In this document: positions 10,455 to 21,414 of the stretch, piece after piece
Position numbering within the stretch: the stretch's first letter is position 1
How the letters are laid out: each line of letters begins with the position of its first letter
NCBI GenBank assembly: GCA_963730935.1
Contig: CAVSTP010000004.1
Location: 1,728,001 to 1,792,000, forward strand
Origin: an uncultured Nitrospiraceae bacterium
GTDB lineage: Bacteria > Nitrospirota > Nitrospiria > Nitrospirales > Nitrospiraceae
Length of the DNA stretch: 64,000 nucleotides
Direction of reading: 5' to 3'
Notes under the pieces: model-generated
The model's input: only the letters and a program-made list of their open reading frames with translations
What the model was told of the DNA's origin: nothing
The model's database searches: none
Position numbers and translations under genes: made by a program

Positions 10455-11810
10455 ATGATGCTTATGCTGTTCTCATTCCATGCCGCGGCGCTGACCTTCC
10501 TGCTCTGTCTCGGACCCGCCACAGGTCTTGCGATGGCAGTGGCTGAGACCGAGACGCCCAGCCAGGTGGCCGAAGCGCCAGTCATCAACCCCTGGGAGGA
10601 GCCGGTAGCGGATCCGGCCGATGAACCCGACGCCAATCTGGTACCTGTCGAGACCGAACTGCCTGCAGACTCCCAATCCGCATCCGATCCGCACCTCGAT
10701 AGCCGGGTGCCAAGAGCTGAAGACCTCCTCACGGTCACACCTCCGCAGCAATCGCCGACGTCGCGGTTTTCGGATGCGTTGGACGCCCCAGCCGAAGCAG
10801 CGCAAACGACACCTTCCGGCGACCTCACAGGAGTCAGCGAGCTCTACAATGTGCCGATCGTGATCGATTCTTCGGTGCAAAGTCATATCCGCTACTTCAA
10901 CACCTCGATTCGAAACCGGTTCGAGCAATGGCTCGTACGATTGAGCCGCTACCGGCCGCTGGTGGAGAATATTTTCACCGAATTCCACCTCCCAAGCGAT
11001 CTGGTCTATCTGTCGCTCGTCGAGAGCGGATTTAATCCCTACGCCTACTCACGGGCCAAGGCGACCGGTCCCTGGCAATTCATGAAAGGCACGGCCAAGG
11101 TGTACGGCTTGCGGGTGGATGCCTACGTCGACGAGCGGCGCGATCCCATCAAGTCCACGGTGGCCGCGGCTCGGTATCTCCGGGATCTCTACGACTTGTT
11201 CGGCGCATGGCCGTTGGCCATGGCGGCGTATAATGCCGGCGAAGGCAAGGTCATGAGGGCGCTCCAGAAAGCCCGGGCGGAAAGCTTCACCGACATTTCA
11301 AAGACGCGGTTGATCCGGCGCGAGACCAAGGAATATGTGCCGCGGTTCATGGCCGCGACGATCATTGCCAAGAATCCCGACCGCTATGGCTTTTCTCAAG
11401 AAGCCAGCGCGCCTCATCAGTTTGAGGAAGTGGTGGTGACCAGGCCCTTGCATTTTCATGCCATTGCGAATGCCACCGGAGTGCCCTACGCAGAACTCCG
11501 GCTGCTGAATCCGGAGCTCCGTCGCGACGCCACGCCGCCAGGCGACGATGCGTACCTCTTGAAGGTGCCTGTCGGTACGAAAGCCAAGGTGGAACAGCTC
11601 CTCGACCGCATCCCCACGTATAAATTCCCGCCGCTGGCCAAGTCGCAATTCGTGTCGGCCGGCTCCTCCCGGTGGTACAAGGTCCGCGGGGGAGATACGC
11701 TGGAAAAGGTCTCCCGTCGGTTTCGCATTCCGCTGAAGACCCTCAAGACGAGAAACAATCTGACGGGCCCGACCATCAGACCCGGCGATTTCCTCGTCAT
11801 CAGCCGGTAA
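10455..11810 (+). CDS. mltD: Membrane-bound lytic murein transglycosylase D-like protein (SLT + LysM)
   Basis: LVESGFNP..A.S.AKATGPWQFM, AAYNAGEG, ETKEYVP, C-terminal LysM 'YKVRGGDTL'; start uncertain (ORF from 10332). Confidence 0.88.
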   Translation: MMLMLFSFHAAALTFLLCLGPATGLAMAVAETETPSQVAEAPVINPWEEPVADPADEPDANLVPVETELPADSQSASDPHLDSRVPRAEDLLTVTPPQQSPTSRFSDALDAPAEAAQTTPSGDLTGVSELYNVPIVIDSSVQSHIRYFNTSIRNRFEQWLVRLSRYRPLVENIFTEFHLPSDLVYLSLVESGFNPYAYSRAKATGPWQFMKGTAKVYGLRVDAYVDERRDPIKSTVAAARYLRDLYDLFGAWPLAMAAYNAGEGKVMRALQKARAESFTDISKTRLIRRETKEYVPRFMAATIIAKNPDRYGFSQEASAPHQFEEVVVTRPLHFHAIANATGVPYAELRLLNPELRRDATPPGDDAYLLKVPVGTKAKVEQLLDRIPTYKFPPLAKSQFVSAGSSRWYKVRGGDTLEKVSRRFRIPLKTLKTRNNLTGPTIRPGDFLVISR

Positions 11811-11874
11811 CGTTCAAGCCAACGCTATCGCTATAATGGTGACTCTGCAGCCCTGAGGCCGCGGGGGTGAAAGC

Positions 11875-12639
11875 TTACTTTTTCGGCTTTGTGGGGGCAG
11901 CGGGCGCTGGAGGCGGAGCCGAGGGCTCTTTCGATTTGACGTCGAGCACTTTGGTTCTAATCGTGGCTTCGCTGGTGAACGGCGAGCTGGGGTAGGTCTT
12001 GATCAGTTCCTGATAATGCGCTATGGCCCCTTCCGGGCGCGATTGCGACTCCTCGAGGCGCGCCAATTCAAACAACGCCTGATCCTTCAATAATGCGCCC
12101 GGAGTTCCCACGATCGCACTGAACGCCTTCACCGCCTGCTCACGGTCGCCTTTCAAGAGATAACTGTAGGCCAGGCGCTGTTGGACCAATGCTCCCAACG
12201 CTGGATTGCCTCCGTACAGCAACATGAAGCGCTGATAGGTATCGATCGCGGCCGGCAGGTCGTTCGCCTGGAACTGCGCGTTGCCGAGATGAAACAACGC
12301 CAAAGGTGCCGCTGCGGTGCGGGGATGCTGTTCCACGATTTCCCGATACTTGGCCATCGCCTGGTTCAAGAGACTCTCCGCGTTTTTGGGATCGGCGGTC
12401 GAATGGGCCATGAGCAGGCGCGAGGCTTCCCGATCGAGCTCTTGCGCCTTCTCGGACGCTTGGCGGTCCAGCCAAAACACTCCGCCGACGGCCGCACCCG
12501 CAAGCAGCAGCACGGCCAGGCCGACCAACAATGGACGGCGGTATTCCTCGAGCCGATGAAGTTGATGCTCCAATCCACTCAGCAAATGGGCTTCATCGAC
12601 CTGAAGGGTTTTGGTGGGAACTTTGATGCGGTAACTCAT
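11875..12639 (-). CDS. Membrane-anchored TPR protein (YfgM-like)
   Basis: Single N-terminal TM helix followed by TPRs. Confidence 0.75.
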   Translation of the reverse strand: MSYRIKVPTKTLQVDEAHLLSGLEHQLHRLEEYRRPLLVGLAVLLLAGAAVGGVFWLDRQASEKAQELDREASRLLMAHSTADPKNAESLLNQAMAKYREIVEQHPRTAAAPLALFHLGNAQFQANDLPAAIDTYQRFMLLYGGNPALGALVQQRLAYSYLLKGDREQAVKAFSAIVGTPGALLKDQALFELARLEESQSRPEGAIAHYQELIKTYPSSPFTSEATIRTKVLDVKSKEPSAPPPAPAAPTKPKK

Positions 12640-12786
12640 TGAGACCAGGTGATCGGGCGGCCCCCATTTCCTCGGACGACCCTCGCGCCTTATACTAAGA
12701 TCGTTGCGAGCTTGTCAATGCAAACATCCCACGGCCAGGAGCTCGCGCGTCGATGACCCCACAGCTCTCCGTCCTCTCCGCCGCCT

Positions 12787-13947
12787 ATGTTTGAAGACTA
12801 CCTTCAGCAGTTGGCCGCAAAACATTTGACGCGGCGGCTGCTGCCGCTCGAATCGGGCACGGGTCCGGTCGTCCGCATCGCGGGCCGCGAGGTGCTTCTG
12901 TTCGCCTCGAACGACTACCTAGGCCTGGCCGGCCATCCCGAGGTCGTGGCAGCTGCCGTTCGTGCCACAGAGACCTATGGAGCCGGATCGGGCGCGGCGC
13001 GGTTGGTGTCGGGATCGCTGCCGCCGCACCAGCAGCTTGAGCAGGCCCTTGCGCAGTTCAAAGGCGCCGAATCCGCCCTGACGTTTGGCTCGGGCTACCT
13101 CGCCAATGTCGGCGCCATTCCGGCGCTGATCGGCCGCGGCGGATTGATCCTCGCCGACCGCCTGTGCCACGCGAGCCTGATCGACGGCTGTCGCCTGAGC
13201 GGCGCCGACCTCCGCATCTACCGCCATAACGACATGGTGCACCTGGCGGCGTTGCTCGCCAAGCGACGAGCGGACCGCCGGACGTTGATCGTTACGGACG
13301 GAGTGTTCAGCATGGACGGCGATCTCGCTCCCCTGCCCGAGTTGGCAACCCTCGCAGAATCATACGAGGCGGATCTCTACGTGGATGACGCGCACGGCAC
13401 CGGCATCATGGGTGCGCACGGCCGTGGAACGGTCGAACACCACGGGGTGGAAACGCGCATTCCACTTCATATGGGAACGCTGGGAAAGGCGTTGGGCAGC
13501 AGCGGCGCCTTCATCGCCGGTCCCGACCGATCGATCCAATACCTCCTGCACCGTTGCCGGTCGTTCATGTTCGGCACGGCGCCGACGCCAGGTTCCGCGG
13601 CTGCCGCCGTCGCCGCGCTGCACATCGTCCAGCGCGAACCTGAGCGCCGTCGACGGCTCTGGGACAACCGTGAACGCCTGTTCATGGGTTTGCGTCGACT
13701 CGGCTTTACGCTGGCACCGACCGTGAGCCCGATCATGCCAATCCTGATCGGCCGCGCCGAGACGGCGCTCCGGTTTGCCGAACAGCTGCTCGCCGACGAT
13801 ATCTTCGCTCCCGCAGTCCGTCCCCCAACCGTTCCCGCCGAGACGAGCCGCATCCGCGTCACGGTGACGTCTGAACACTCCGCGGCGCACATCGATCAGG
13901 CTCTCGTCGCCTTCGAACGAGCCGGCCAGATGACCGGTGTGCTCTAA
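12787..13947 (+). CDS. bioF: 8-amino-7-oxononanoate synthase
   Basis: FASNDYLGLA, SGYLAN, HASLIDG, DGVFSMDGD, DDAHG, GTLGKALG, AVRPPTVP. Confidence 0.95.
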   Translation: MFEDYLQQLAAKHLTRRLLPLESGTGPVVRIAGREVLLFASNDYLGLAGHPEVVAAAVRATETYGAGSGAARLVSGSLPPHQQLEQALAQFKGAESALTFGSGYLANVGAIPALIGRGGLILADRLCHASLIDGCRLSGADLRIYRHNDMVHLAALLAKRRADRRTLIVTDGVFSMDGDLAPLPELATLAESYEADLYVDDAHGTGIMGAHGRGTVEHHGVETRIPLHMGTLGKALGSSGAFIAGPDRSIQYLLHRCRSFMFGTAPTPGSAAAAVAALHIVQREPERRRRLWDNRERLFMGLRRLGFTLAPTVSPIMPILIGRAETALRFAEQLLADDIFAPAVRPPTVPAETSRIRVTVTSEHSAAHIDQALVAFERAGQMTGVL

Positions 13948-14060
13948 TCGTCCGCGTCTGAATACGGAGATTTGATTGCTTTCTCGGATCCTTGTGGCAT
14001 CATCACGTCGATATTAGCGCGCCCCCTGATCACGGGTCTTCCCACTAAGGAGCTGTCTTC

Positions 14061-15122
14061 ATGGATATTTCTAAGCTGTTGACGTTTTCGGCAAAGGAAG
14101 GCGCGTCGGATTGCCACATCAGCGCCGGCGAGCCGCCCATGATCCGCATCCATGGAGACCTCAAGAAACTGGACCACCCGCCATTGACCGCAGAAGAAAC
14201 CCATGCCCTCGTCTACGACATGATGAGCGACGCGCAACGAAAGAACTTCGAGGAGAAGCGCGAGTGTGACTTCTCATTCGAATTGGGTGATATCGCCCGA
14301 TTCCGTGTCAATGTCTTTGTCCAAAATCGGGGACTTGGCGCCGTGTTCCGGAATATCCCGACCGAGATCATTCCCATGGAGAAGCTTGGGCTCCCGCCGG
14401 TCGTCCGGCAGCTCTGCGACAAGGAAAAGGGCCTGATCCTGGTGACCGGTCCGACCGGCTCCGGCAAGTCCACGACGCTCGCCTCGATGGTGGATTACCT
14501 CAACAACACCTTCGAAGGCCACATCATCACCATCGAAGATCCGATCGAGTTCGTTCATAAAACAAAGAAATGTCTTGTGAACCAGCGCGAGCTTGGCGTT
14601 CACACGCTGTCCTTCGCCAATGCGCTGAAGTCCGCGCTCCGCGAGGATCCCGATATCATCCTCGTGGGCGAAATGCGCGACCTCGAAACGATTCAGCTCG
14701 CCCTGACGGCCGCAGAGACCGGCCACCTGGTCTTCGGCACCCTGCACACCTCCAGCGCGCCGAAAACCATCGACCGCATCATCGACGCGTTTCCGCCGGC
14801 CCAGCAGGCGCAAATCCGTACACAGCTGTCGGAGGCGTTGGAAGCGGTCATCACGCAAACGCTGCTTAAGAAGAAAGCCGGCGGCCGAGTCGCCGCACTG
14901 GAAGTCATGGTCGCCACCACCGCCGTCCGCAATTTGATCCGCGAAGGGAAGCTCCACCAGATTCCGGGCATCATGCAGGCCAGCCAGAAGGACGGCATGC
15001 AGACGATGGACATGGCCCTGGTCGAGTTGGCCACGAAAGGTATCGTGGCTAAGGGCGAGGCGCAGTCGCGCAGCATGACGCCGAACTTGTTCGGCGCCTC
15101 GGCGTTCAGCGGAGCGGCGTAA
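14061..15122 (+). CDS. pilT: Type IV pilus retraction ATPase PilT
   Basis: GPTGSGKSTT, EDPIEF, ALREDPD, GTLHT, AVRNLIRE (AIRNLIRE motif). Confidence 0.96.
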   Translation: MDISKLLTFSAKEGASDCHISAGEPPMIRIHGDLKKLDHPPLTAEETHALVYDMMSDAQRKNFEEKRECDFSFELGDIARFRVNVFVQNRGLGAVFRNIPTEIIPMEKLGLPPVVRQLCDKEKGLILVTGPTGSGKSTTLASMVDYLNNTFEGHIITIEDPIEFVHKTKKCLVNQRELGVHTLSFANALKSALREDPDIILVGEMRDLETIQLALTAAETGHLVFGTLHTSSAPKTIDRIIDAFPPAQQAQIRTQLSEALEAVITQTLLKKKAGGRVAALEVMVATTAVRNLIREGKLHQIPGIMQASQKDGMQTMDMALVELATKGIVAKGEAQSRSMTPNLFGASAFSGAA

Positions 15123-15151
15123 CCGAAGAAATCCGCGACACGGGAGCCAGG

Positions 15152-16327
15152 ATGGATATTCGCACACTGCTCAAAGTCATGGTCGACCAGGAAGCCTCGG
15201 ACATGTATTTGACGGTGGATTCGCCGCCGACCTACCGCATCCATGGGTCGACGCAGCCCGCGAACACGCCGCCGTTCACCAATGAGCAACTGGAAGCGCT
15301 GGCGCTGGCCCTCATGCGGGGCCAGCAGCGCGGCGAATTCGAAGAAAAGATGGAGATGAATCTCGCGCTGTACTACAAGGAGCTCGGACGGTTCCGTGTC
15401 AACATTTTCCGGCAGCGAGGCAACGTCGGTCTCGTCTTCCGGCACATCAAGGCGGAAATTCAAACGGTCGAGGACCTGCGGCTCCCTCCGATCGTCAAAG
15501 ACATCTCCATGACGAAGCGGGGACTCGTGTTGGTCGTCGGCGCCACCGGCTCAGGAAAATCCACGACGCTCGCCGCCATGATCGACCATCGCAATTCGAT
15601 CCATCAGGGACACATCGTCACGGTGGAGGATCCGATCGAATTCGTCCATAACCACAAAAAGTCGCTCATCACTCAACGGGAAGTCGGCTTCGACACGCTC
15701 TCGTTCCAAAACGCGTTGAAGAACACGCTGCGGCAGGCGCCTGACGTCATCCTCATCGGCGAAATCCGGGATACGGAAACCATGGAGGCGGCGATCACGT
15801 TCGCCGAAACCGGGCACCTCTGCATCGGCACCTTGCACTCCAACAACGCCAACCAGGCGATTGAGCGGATCATGAACTTCTTTCCCGTCGAACGGCACGC
15901 GCAAATCTATCTCCAACTCTCGCTCAACCTCCGCGCGATCATCTCACAACGGCTCGTGCCGTCCACGGACGGCAAGCGGGTGCCTGCCCTGGAAATCATG
16001 ATGGATACTCCGCGCATCAAAGATCTGATCAAGAAGGCCGAGGTCGACACGCTCAAGGAAGCCATGGAACAGGGCATCGACGAAGGCTGCCAGACCTTCG
16101 ATTACGTCCTCTTGCAGCTGTACAAGGAAAACAAAATTTCGCTGGAGCAGGCGCTCATCAATGCGGACAGCGCCAATAATCTACGCTTGAAAATCAAGCT
16201 CGAGGGCCTCAAAGGCGACGACGCAATCAATGCGCTCCTGGACAAAGGTCCCCACGCCACGGGCGAGTCGCCCTTCAAAATTCAAGGCGGCGCAGCGGGC
16301 AACGTCCGGCCAATCCGCAAAGCATAA
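15152..16327 (+). CDS. pilU: Type IV pilus ATPase PilU
   Basis: GATGSGKSTT, NTLRQAPDVILIGEIRD, TLHSNNANQA, ADSANNLRL; follows pilT. Confidence 0.93.
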   Translation: MDIRTLLKVMVDQEASDMYLTVDSPPTYRIHGSTQPANTPPFTNEQLEALALALMRGQQRGEFEEKMEMNLALYYKELGRFRVNIFRQRGNVGLVFRHIKAEIQTVEDLRLPPIVKDISMTKRGLVLVVGATGSGKSTTLAAMIDHRNSIHQGHIVTVEDPIEFVHNHKKSLITQREVGFDTLSFQNALKNTLRQAPDVILIGEIRDTETMEAAITFAETGHLCIGTLHSNNANQAIERIMNFFPVERHAQIYLQLSLNLRAIISQRLVPSTDGKRVPALEIMMDTPRIKDLIKKAEVDTLKEAMEQGIDEGCQTFDYVLLQLYKENKISLEQALINADSANNLRLKIKLEGLKGDDAINALLDKGPHATGESPFKIQGGAAGNVRPIRKA

Positions 16328-16358
16328 TTCCTTCGCCGCCGCACGCTTGTCAGCGGCG

Positions 16359-16841
16359 CTACTTCCCCTGTGCCGCGTCTTCCGTCGTTTGGGCTTCCAG
16401 ATACGCGGCGATTTTCTCCAACGCTAACGCGCTCAATTTTGCGCCGTACCACGTCGGCATCGTCTCGACCGGGTAGCCGGGTGCCACGAAGACGCCGGGC
16501 TCGAGCACCGACTCGACGATGTACTCGTGAACGGTCCTCGCCTTGCCCCGATACAGTGGATCACGCAGCCGTTGCGGACCGCTGGTGCCGAGCCACAACG
16601 GAGGGCCGACGCGACCCTCGGCGCCTGCAATGCCTGGGATGCGATGACAGACGGGACAGCCGGCCCGGGTGAAGATGAGCGCGGTCTCCTCCTTGCCGGT
16701 GACGAGAGGCACCATTTCAGGCACCACCACCGGAAGCGGATGAGTCTTGGCAACCGGAGGCAGTCGTGGGGACAGGAACGTCCACAGAAGCCCCAAGACG
16801 ATGGCCGCAAGAATCAGCGTGTTGATCCGTCGGTCAGACAT
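16359..16841 (-). CDS. Membrane-anchored monoheme cytochrome c
   Basis: N-terminal TM helix, CPVCH heme motif, 'YIVESVLEP' and distal Met (TMP). Confidence 0.8.
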   Translation of the reverse strand: MSDRRINTLILAAIVLGLLWTFLSPRLPPVAKTHPLPVVVPEMVPLVTGKEETALIFTRAGCPVCHRIPGIAGAEGRVGPPLWLGTSGPQRLRDPLYRGKARTVHEYIVESVLEPGVFVAPGYPVETMPTWYGAKLSALALEKIAAYLEAQTTEDAAQGK

Positions 16842-16925
16842 GGAGAGGATGATCGAAACAGGTGGGCGGGGGCGCGATGATGATCATCCGATCACGCAGG
16901 ATCGCAGCCCCTGTGCCCAGGCGGT

Positions 16926-17783
16926 TTACTGAGTGGCGCTCATCGCACAGCGGAACCCGATAGTACGGTCTTCGTACTCCGGTTCCGCGGAGACCCGGGC
17001 AGTGACGCGCAACGACAGCGGGAGATCCGCCCATGAACCCCCTCGAAGGACGCGCTTTTCTCCTTGGGCAGGGCCGGTCGGATTCTTTTTTGGACTGTTC
17101 TGATAGTAGTCGCGATCATACCAGTCCGCCACCCATTCGGCGGCATTTCCAGCCATGTGATTGAGCCCATAGGGGCTCTTGCCCCCCTCTTTCAACCCAT
17201 GGCGCACGCTCATGCCTTCGAGACCGCTCGTTACCGCGGCTAAGGTGATGGCTTCGCTGACCCAAAGACCTCGATTGTAATTCGCGATGTCGACGAAGGG
17301 CTGCATCGAGCCCCACGGGTAGCGCCTGGCGTCCGTCCCCCGCGCGGCCTTTTCCCACTCGGCTTCGGTGGGGAGCCGCTTCCCGGCCCATTTACAGTAG
17401 GCTTCCGCATCGGCCCACTTCATCCCGATCGCCGGCCGGTCACCGACCGTCGTTGCCGCTTCATCATCCCAGGTCGGAGGCGAGTCGTGCTTCCCTGAAT
17501 CGAGGAATTTCCGGTACAGGGCCAACGTCACTTCGTATTGATCGATGTAATACGCATCCAATTCGACGGGATGTTCAGGACGTTCGTTCGGGAGTCCGTC
17601 GTTGCTGCCCATGGTAAACGGACCGGCAGGGATCAGGATCATCGACGCAGCGTCCTTGCCTTTGACCGTCTCAACTGACGTCGCTTTCCCGTCTTTTCCG
17701 GGAGGCGGCGGGCCGGCGGCGAGCGTCAGTGCGCCCACGGCCACGAGAGCCAGCGACCAAGGGATCATCCCCGCGGTTCGCAT
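16926..17783 (-). CDS. Secreted FGE/SUMF1 (formylglycine-generating enzyme family) domain protein
   Basis: IPAGPFTMGS, RLPTEAEWEKAARG, MAGNAAEW, RGGSW, GFRC; GGAGG RBS before ATG 17783. Confidence 0.9.
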   Translation of the reverse strand: MRTAGMIPWSLALVAVGALTLAAGPPPPGKDGKATSVETVKGKDAASMILIPAGPFTMGSNDGLPNERPEHPVELDAYYIDQYEVTLALYRKFLDSGKHDSPPTWDDEAATTVGDRPAIGMKWADAEAYCKWAGKRLPTEAEWEKAARGTDARRYPWGSMQPFVDIANYNRGLWVSEAITLAAVTSGLEGMSVRHGLKEGGKSPYGLNHMAGNAAEWVADWYDRDYYQNSPKKNPTGPAQGEKRVLRGGSWADLPLSLRVTARVSAEPEYEDRTIGFRCAMSATQ

Positions 17784-17994
17784 AATTCCTCCGTGTTCTG
17801 GAAGTTGAGCGTACACAGCGTAAGTAAGTCTACCCAGCTTACCGAACAAACTCAATGGAACGGCTCGGGGACTGCCCCCTCTTTTGCGTAAGAGATGGAT
17901 CCCCCTTCCTAGGAATGTCTCACGGGGAAAACAGCCATAGCTTTAAGGTGAGACCACGGAGGTGTGAAATGTACGGGCAAGAAGGATCGACGGC

Positions 17995-19083
17995 ATGAGC
18001 ACGTTTGGGATCACAAAGGGCGGCAGCCCACGCATCTACCTCCTCCTCCTCCATGTCATGTTTCTGGCCCTCTACGTAGTCCATTACCAGCCGCTTCCCA
18101 TGACACGGGCACAAGGGTGCCTCGTCATCGCGCTGGCCACAATTACGCTGGTCCTGCTCACAATCCCCCGTGCCCAGCTCGTGACCGCATCCTGCATCGG
18201 CTTCCTGACGCTTGGGAATGGCGGGGTACTCTTCGCTGCCGCAGTCCTGTACGGACTGAACACAGCCTCCTGGATGGCCTGTGCCCTGATGCTCCTGTTG
18301 GCCATGGCCTCCTACGTGACATCAGTTCTCCATTTCGGCCTGTTGAGCAGCCTGGTCATCGGGGGGTATGGCGTCCTGCTCCACCGGGCGGGGCTGCTCG
18401 AAACCGACCAGGTGCTGGTGTTGCCGGCCTTGCTGTGTCTCACGCTGGTCTTCCTGAGTAAGATCAGCATTGCCCAAGCGGAAATTCAGCGGATTGCAGA
18501 CACTGAAGAACAGAGCCGGAAAGAATCGATGTCTGATGCGCTCACGGGACTCCCGAACCGCGCACAGTTTCTCGAGCGCGTCGCTCGTTCCGTGAAGTGC
18601 GGCCAGAACAACCGGGAATTTCACTTTGCCGTGTTGTTCGTGGACTTGGACGGATTCAAACCCATCAATGACCGGTTGGGGCACAAAGCCGGCGATGCGG
18701 TCTTACGCCACACGGCAAAACTTTTTCAGGGCTGCATGCGGAAAGGCGACATGGTCGCTCGATACGGTGGAGACGAATTCACGTTCCTGGTCAACAATGT
18801 CAAGGGACCCTCCGACGCGATCCACGTCGCTGAGCGTATCCTGGCGAAAGTGGAAGCCCCGATCAACGTCGGCGAGCCGGTCAAAGTCGGCGCCAGCATT
18901 GGAATCGCCATAAGCACCAATATCCATGAACGGGCCGAAGACTTGATCCGTGATGCCGATGGGGCGATGTATCAGGCCAAAGCAAGGGGAAAGAACTGCT
19001 ATGTGCTCAGCGACCAGACCTCGAACATCCCGAAGAGTGAATTGAAGGAACGTTGGAAACGGCTCGCCCACCTTCAGTGGTAA
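17995..19083 (+). CDS. Membrane-bound diguanylate cyclase (GGDEF)
   Basis: TM N-terminus; DALTGLPNR, DLDGFKPIND, ARYGGDEF. Confidence 0.92.
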   Translation: MSTFGITKGGSPRIYLLLLHVMFLALYVVHYQPLPMTRAQGCLVIALATITLVLLTIPRAQLVTASCIGFLTLGNGGVLFAAAVLYGLNTASWMACALMLLLAMASYVTSVLHFGLLSSLVIGGYGVLLHRAGLLETDQVLVLPALLCLTLVFLSKISIAQAEIQRIADTEEQSRKESMSDALTGLPNRAQFLERVARSVKCGQNNREFHFAVLFVDLDGFKPINDRLGHKAGDAVLRHTAKLFQGCMRKGDMVARYGGDEFTFLVNNVKGPSDAIHVAERILAKVEAPINVGEPVKVGASIGIAISTNIHERAEDLIRDADGAMYQAKARGKNCYVLSDQTSNIPKSELKERWKRLAHLQW

Positions 19084-19121
19084 ACCTGCCGCGAGCGCTC
19101 AGCGTCTGCGCACTGTAGTGA

Positions 19122-19553
19122 CTAATGAATGGCGGCAGACCGCCGATTGATCGATTCGATGATTTCGTCACGGAGCTGCTCAACAGCGGCTTCCTTTGAA
19201 ATGACAGTCGTCGCACCGGCGGCAGTCATCGCTTGACGCGTATCGTCATTGGCGTAGACCGACAACCCGACGACGACGACATGGGGGTACACTCGTTTGA
19301 TCAGCATCGTCGCTTTGATGCCGTCGAGCCGCGGCATATTGATATCCATCACCACCACGGAAGGCTTCAAGACCTGGACCGCCTCGAGCGCTTCTTCTCC
19401 ATTACACGCTTCTCCGACCACTTCAAAGTTCGGATAGGTCGCCAGAATCGCCCGGAGCGTCTGCCGGACGTTTTCGACGTCGTCCACGAGCAGTACCCGA
19501 ATGACATCCGGTCGGCCGGGCGTGCGGTTTACACGACGCGATGCCTGAGACAT
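19122..19553 (-). CDS. Single-domain response regulator (REC, NarL-like)
   Basis: VLLVDD, MDINMP, conserved K; no output domain. Confidence 0.88.
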   Translation of the reverse strand: MSQASRRVNRTPGRPDVIRVLLVDDVENVRQTLRAILATYPNFEVVGEACNGEEALEAVQVLKPSVVVMDINMPRLDGIKATMLIKRVYPHVVVVGLSVYANDDTRQAMTAAGATTVISKEAAVEQLRDEIIESINRRSAAIH

Positions 19554-19958
19554 TACAAACTCCCTCCCCTGGTCACAATGCTCTCAACGGCCGAGCGCAA
19601 CGACGCGCTCAGCGGGCTTGGCCGCTCCTGTCCGTTGAATATAGGACTATGCCTTCAGGATGGCAAATTGCACGACCATCCGTAGTCTCATGGAAACCCA
19701 GACATCCGCCACCTAGGTGGATGCCTAGGAACACCTATGCAGTTGCTGTTGGATCACGATACTTTTCGCTCAGAACGGTGGCGATTGCCTTGGCAATGGT
19801 CTCCCCTCTGCAGCACGGGATCTTCAGACCCTATATGCCTGTTCCTAGTTCATGAACTAGGGACTCCCCTAGGCGTCTGTGCAGTCGACCGGGCCGGATC
19901 CCCCCTTAAGGCAATGTACTTGCTACTCATCTCACAGACACCTTAGACACAGACGCCT

Positions 19959-20153
19959 ATGCATCTCCACTATAAGGGTCACACCATCGAATTGATCCCC
20001 AGCGCCGAAGGCCTGATGTGGGCCTGGCAATACGTCATCATGAAATTCAACGAGATCAGAAATCGCTGGTTTTCCAGACGGCAATACTTACGATACACGA
20101 GAGGAGCGGAGGCTGCGGCACTGACGAAAGCCCAATCCTTGATCGATGAATGA
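19959..20153 (+). CDS. Small hypothetical protein, possibly degenerate
   Basis: 64 aa ORF 'HYKGHTIEL..AEAAALTKAQSLIDE'; protein-like ends. Confidence 0.4.
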   Translation: MHLHYKGHTIELIPSAEGLMWAWQYVIMKFNEIRNRWFSRRQYLRYTRGAEAAALTKAQSLIDE

Positions 20154-20179
20154 GCGCGAAACCAGAATCCGTTGAACAG

Positions 20180-20314
20180 CCTCTCAAGGACTTCCGTGGC
20201 CTTGAAGAGGGCCGTGACCTGGTCGCCCTGTGCGAGTTGGAGATCCTCTGCCGCCTGACGTGTAATCGCGGTCGTGAGCTTCCAATTCTGCGCGTCGAGC
20301 GTCACACCGGCCAT
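20180..20314 (-). pseudogene. TOBE (molybdate-binding Mop/ModE-type) domain fragment
   Basis: 'KLTTAITRQAAEDLQLAQGDQVTALFKATEV' is a TOBE signature, but the 5' part is missing. Confidence 0.6.
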
Positions 20315-20588
20315 CGCGGAGCACAGAGTAATCTCTCGCCTATCGACATGCGGCGTGGCGTCTTCTTTTCTAATGAGCGAAGGTACTAAGAATACGATCT
20401 AGTGGGCAGATGAGACGGGACCTACGGTGACAATCCCCTGAAATGGCGTCGAGTCGAAATGGAACCGACTCCAGTCGGTTTTAAGATGGACCGAATCGCG
20501 ACCTCACGCACCGCCGATCTGGAAGAGTCCGAGGTGGATTGGAGGAAAAACTCGCCACGCCATGCTGCGCAACACCGGTTAGGCGAGT

Positions 20589-21176
20589 CTAATCGACCAC
20601 GTGCTCGTCCACCGCATATCGAACGAGATCCACGAGATTGCGCAATCCCAATTTCTGAAGAAGCCTCGTTTTATACGTGCTCACCGTTTTTTCATTGATC
20701 TCCAGCGCGCGAGCGATGTCCCGCCTTTTTATGCCCCTGACAAGCAAACGCAGCACCTGAATTTCGCGCCCCGAGAGCATCGGGTGACGGACGGGAGGAC
20801 GTTTTACCGTTTCTCCGCGAAGCGCGGCTTTGACGGATTCGACCAATGCCGACGGCGGACGCTCCTTCGAAATATAGGCGACCGCGCCGGCACGCAGCGC
20901 CCGATCGGCATACTGCTCCTCCGCGTAGAGACTAAACACAAGTATCGGCGTCTCGGGGCAGCAGGATCTCGCTTTCTTGACGATGTCGAGGCCGTGATGT
21001 CCGGGGAGATTGATGTCCACGACGACAACCGCCCAGCGGCGGCCGCAGACCTCCTCGAAAACTCCATCCGTGCCAGGCGAGGTTGTGATCGCTAAAGAAG
21101 GCACCGCCTTCTGGAGCAGGGCTTTGATCCCTTCTCGCACGATGGGGTGATCGTCGATTACCAGCCCCTGTTGCAT
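20589..21176 (-). CDS. NarL/FixJ (LuxR-HTH) DNA-binding response regulator
   Basis: IDDHPIVREG, DINLP, LSGREIQVL..IARALEINEKTVSTYKTRLLQKL; start uncertain (ORF to 21230). Confidence 0.92.
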   Translation of the reverse strand: MQQGLVIDDHPIVREGIKALLQKAVPSLAITTSPGTDGVFEEVCGRRWAVVVVDINLPGHHGLDIVKKARSCCPETPILVFSLYAEEQYADRALRAGAVAYISKERPPSALVESVKAALRGETVKRPPVRHPMLSGREIQVLRLLVRGIKRRDIARALEINEKTVSTYKTRLLQKLGLRNLVDLVRYAVDEHVVD

Positions 21177-21414
21177 CACGAGCTGGGGAGCGCTTTTCGC
21201 GACGGCGATGAGTGGCGTGATGGAAGACAATCGCTGTCCCCTATTTCTTGATGTGGCGCTTTGTATAGGTGGCTGATTTGCAGGAGTATAGTGAATGCAT
21301 GTCGTTTGTCTATCAGTGTTCGCCTACAGACTTGTAGGCAAAAAGGCTGGGGCGCAGAATGACGAGGAACGGCGAAATGGGCATGGCTCGGTCGAGTGAG
21401 GCCCGACCAGATCG

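Noticed and set aside
16926..17783. FGE-domain gene as a DGR target
   Set aside because: No reverse transcriptase and no adenine-variant template repeat seen in the window.
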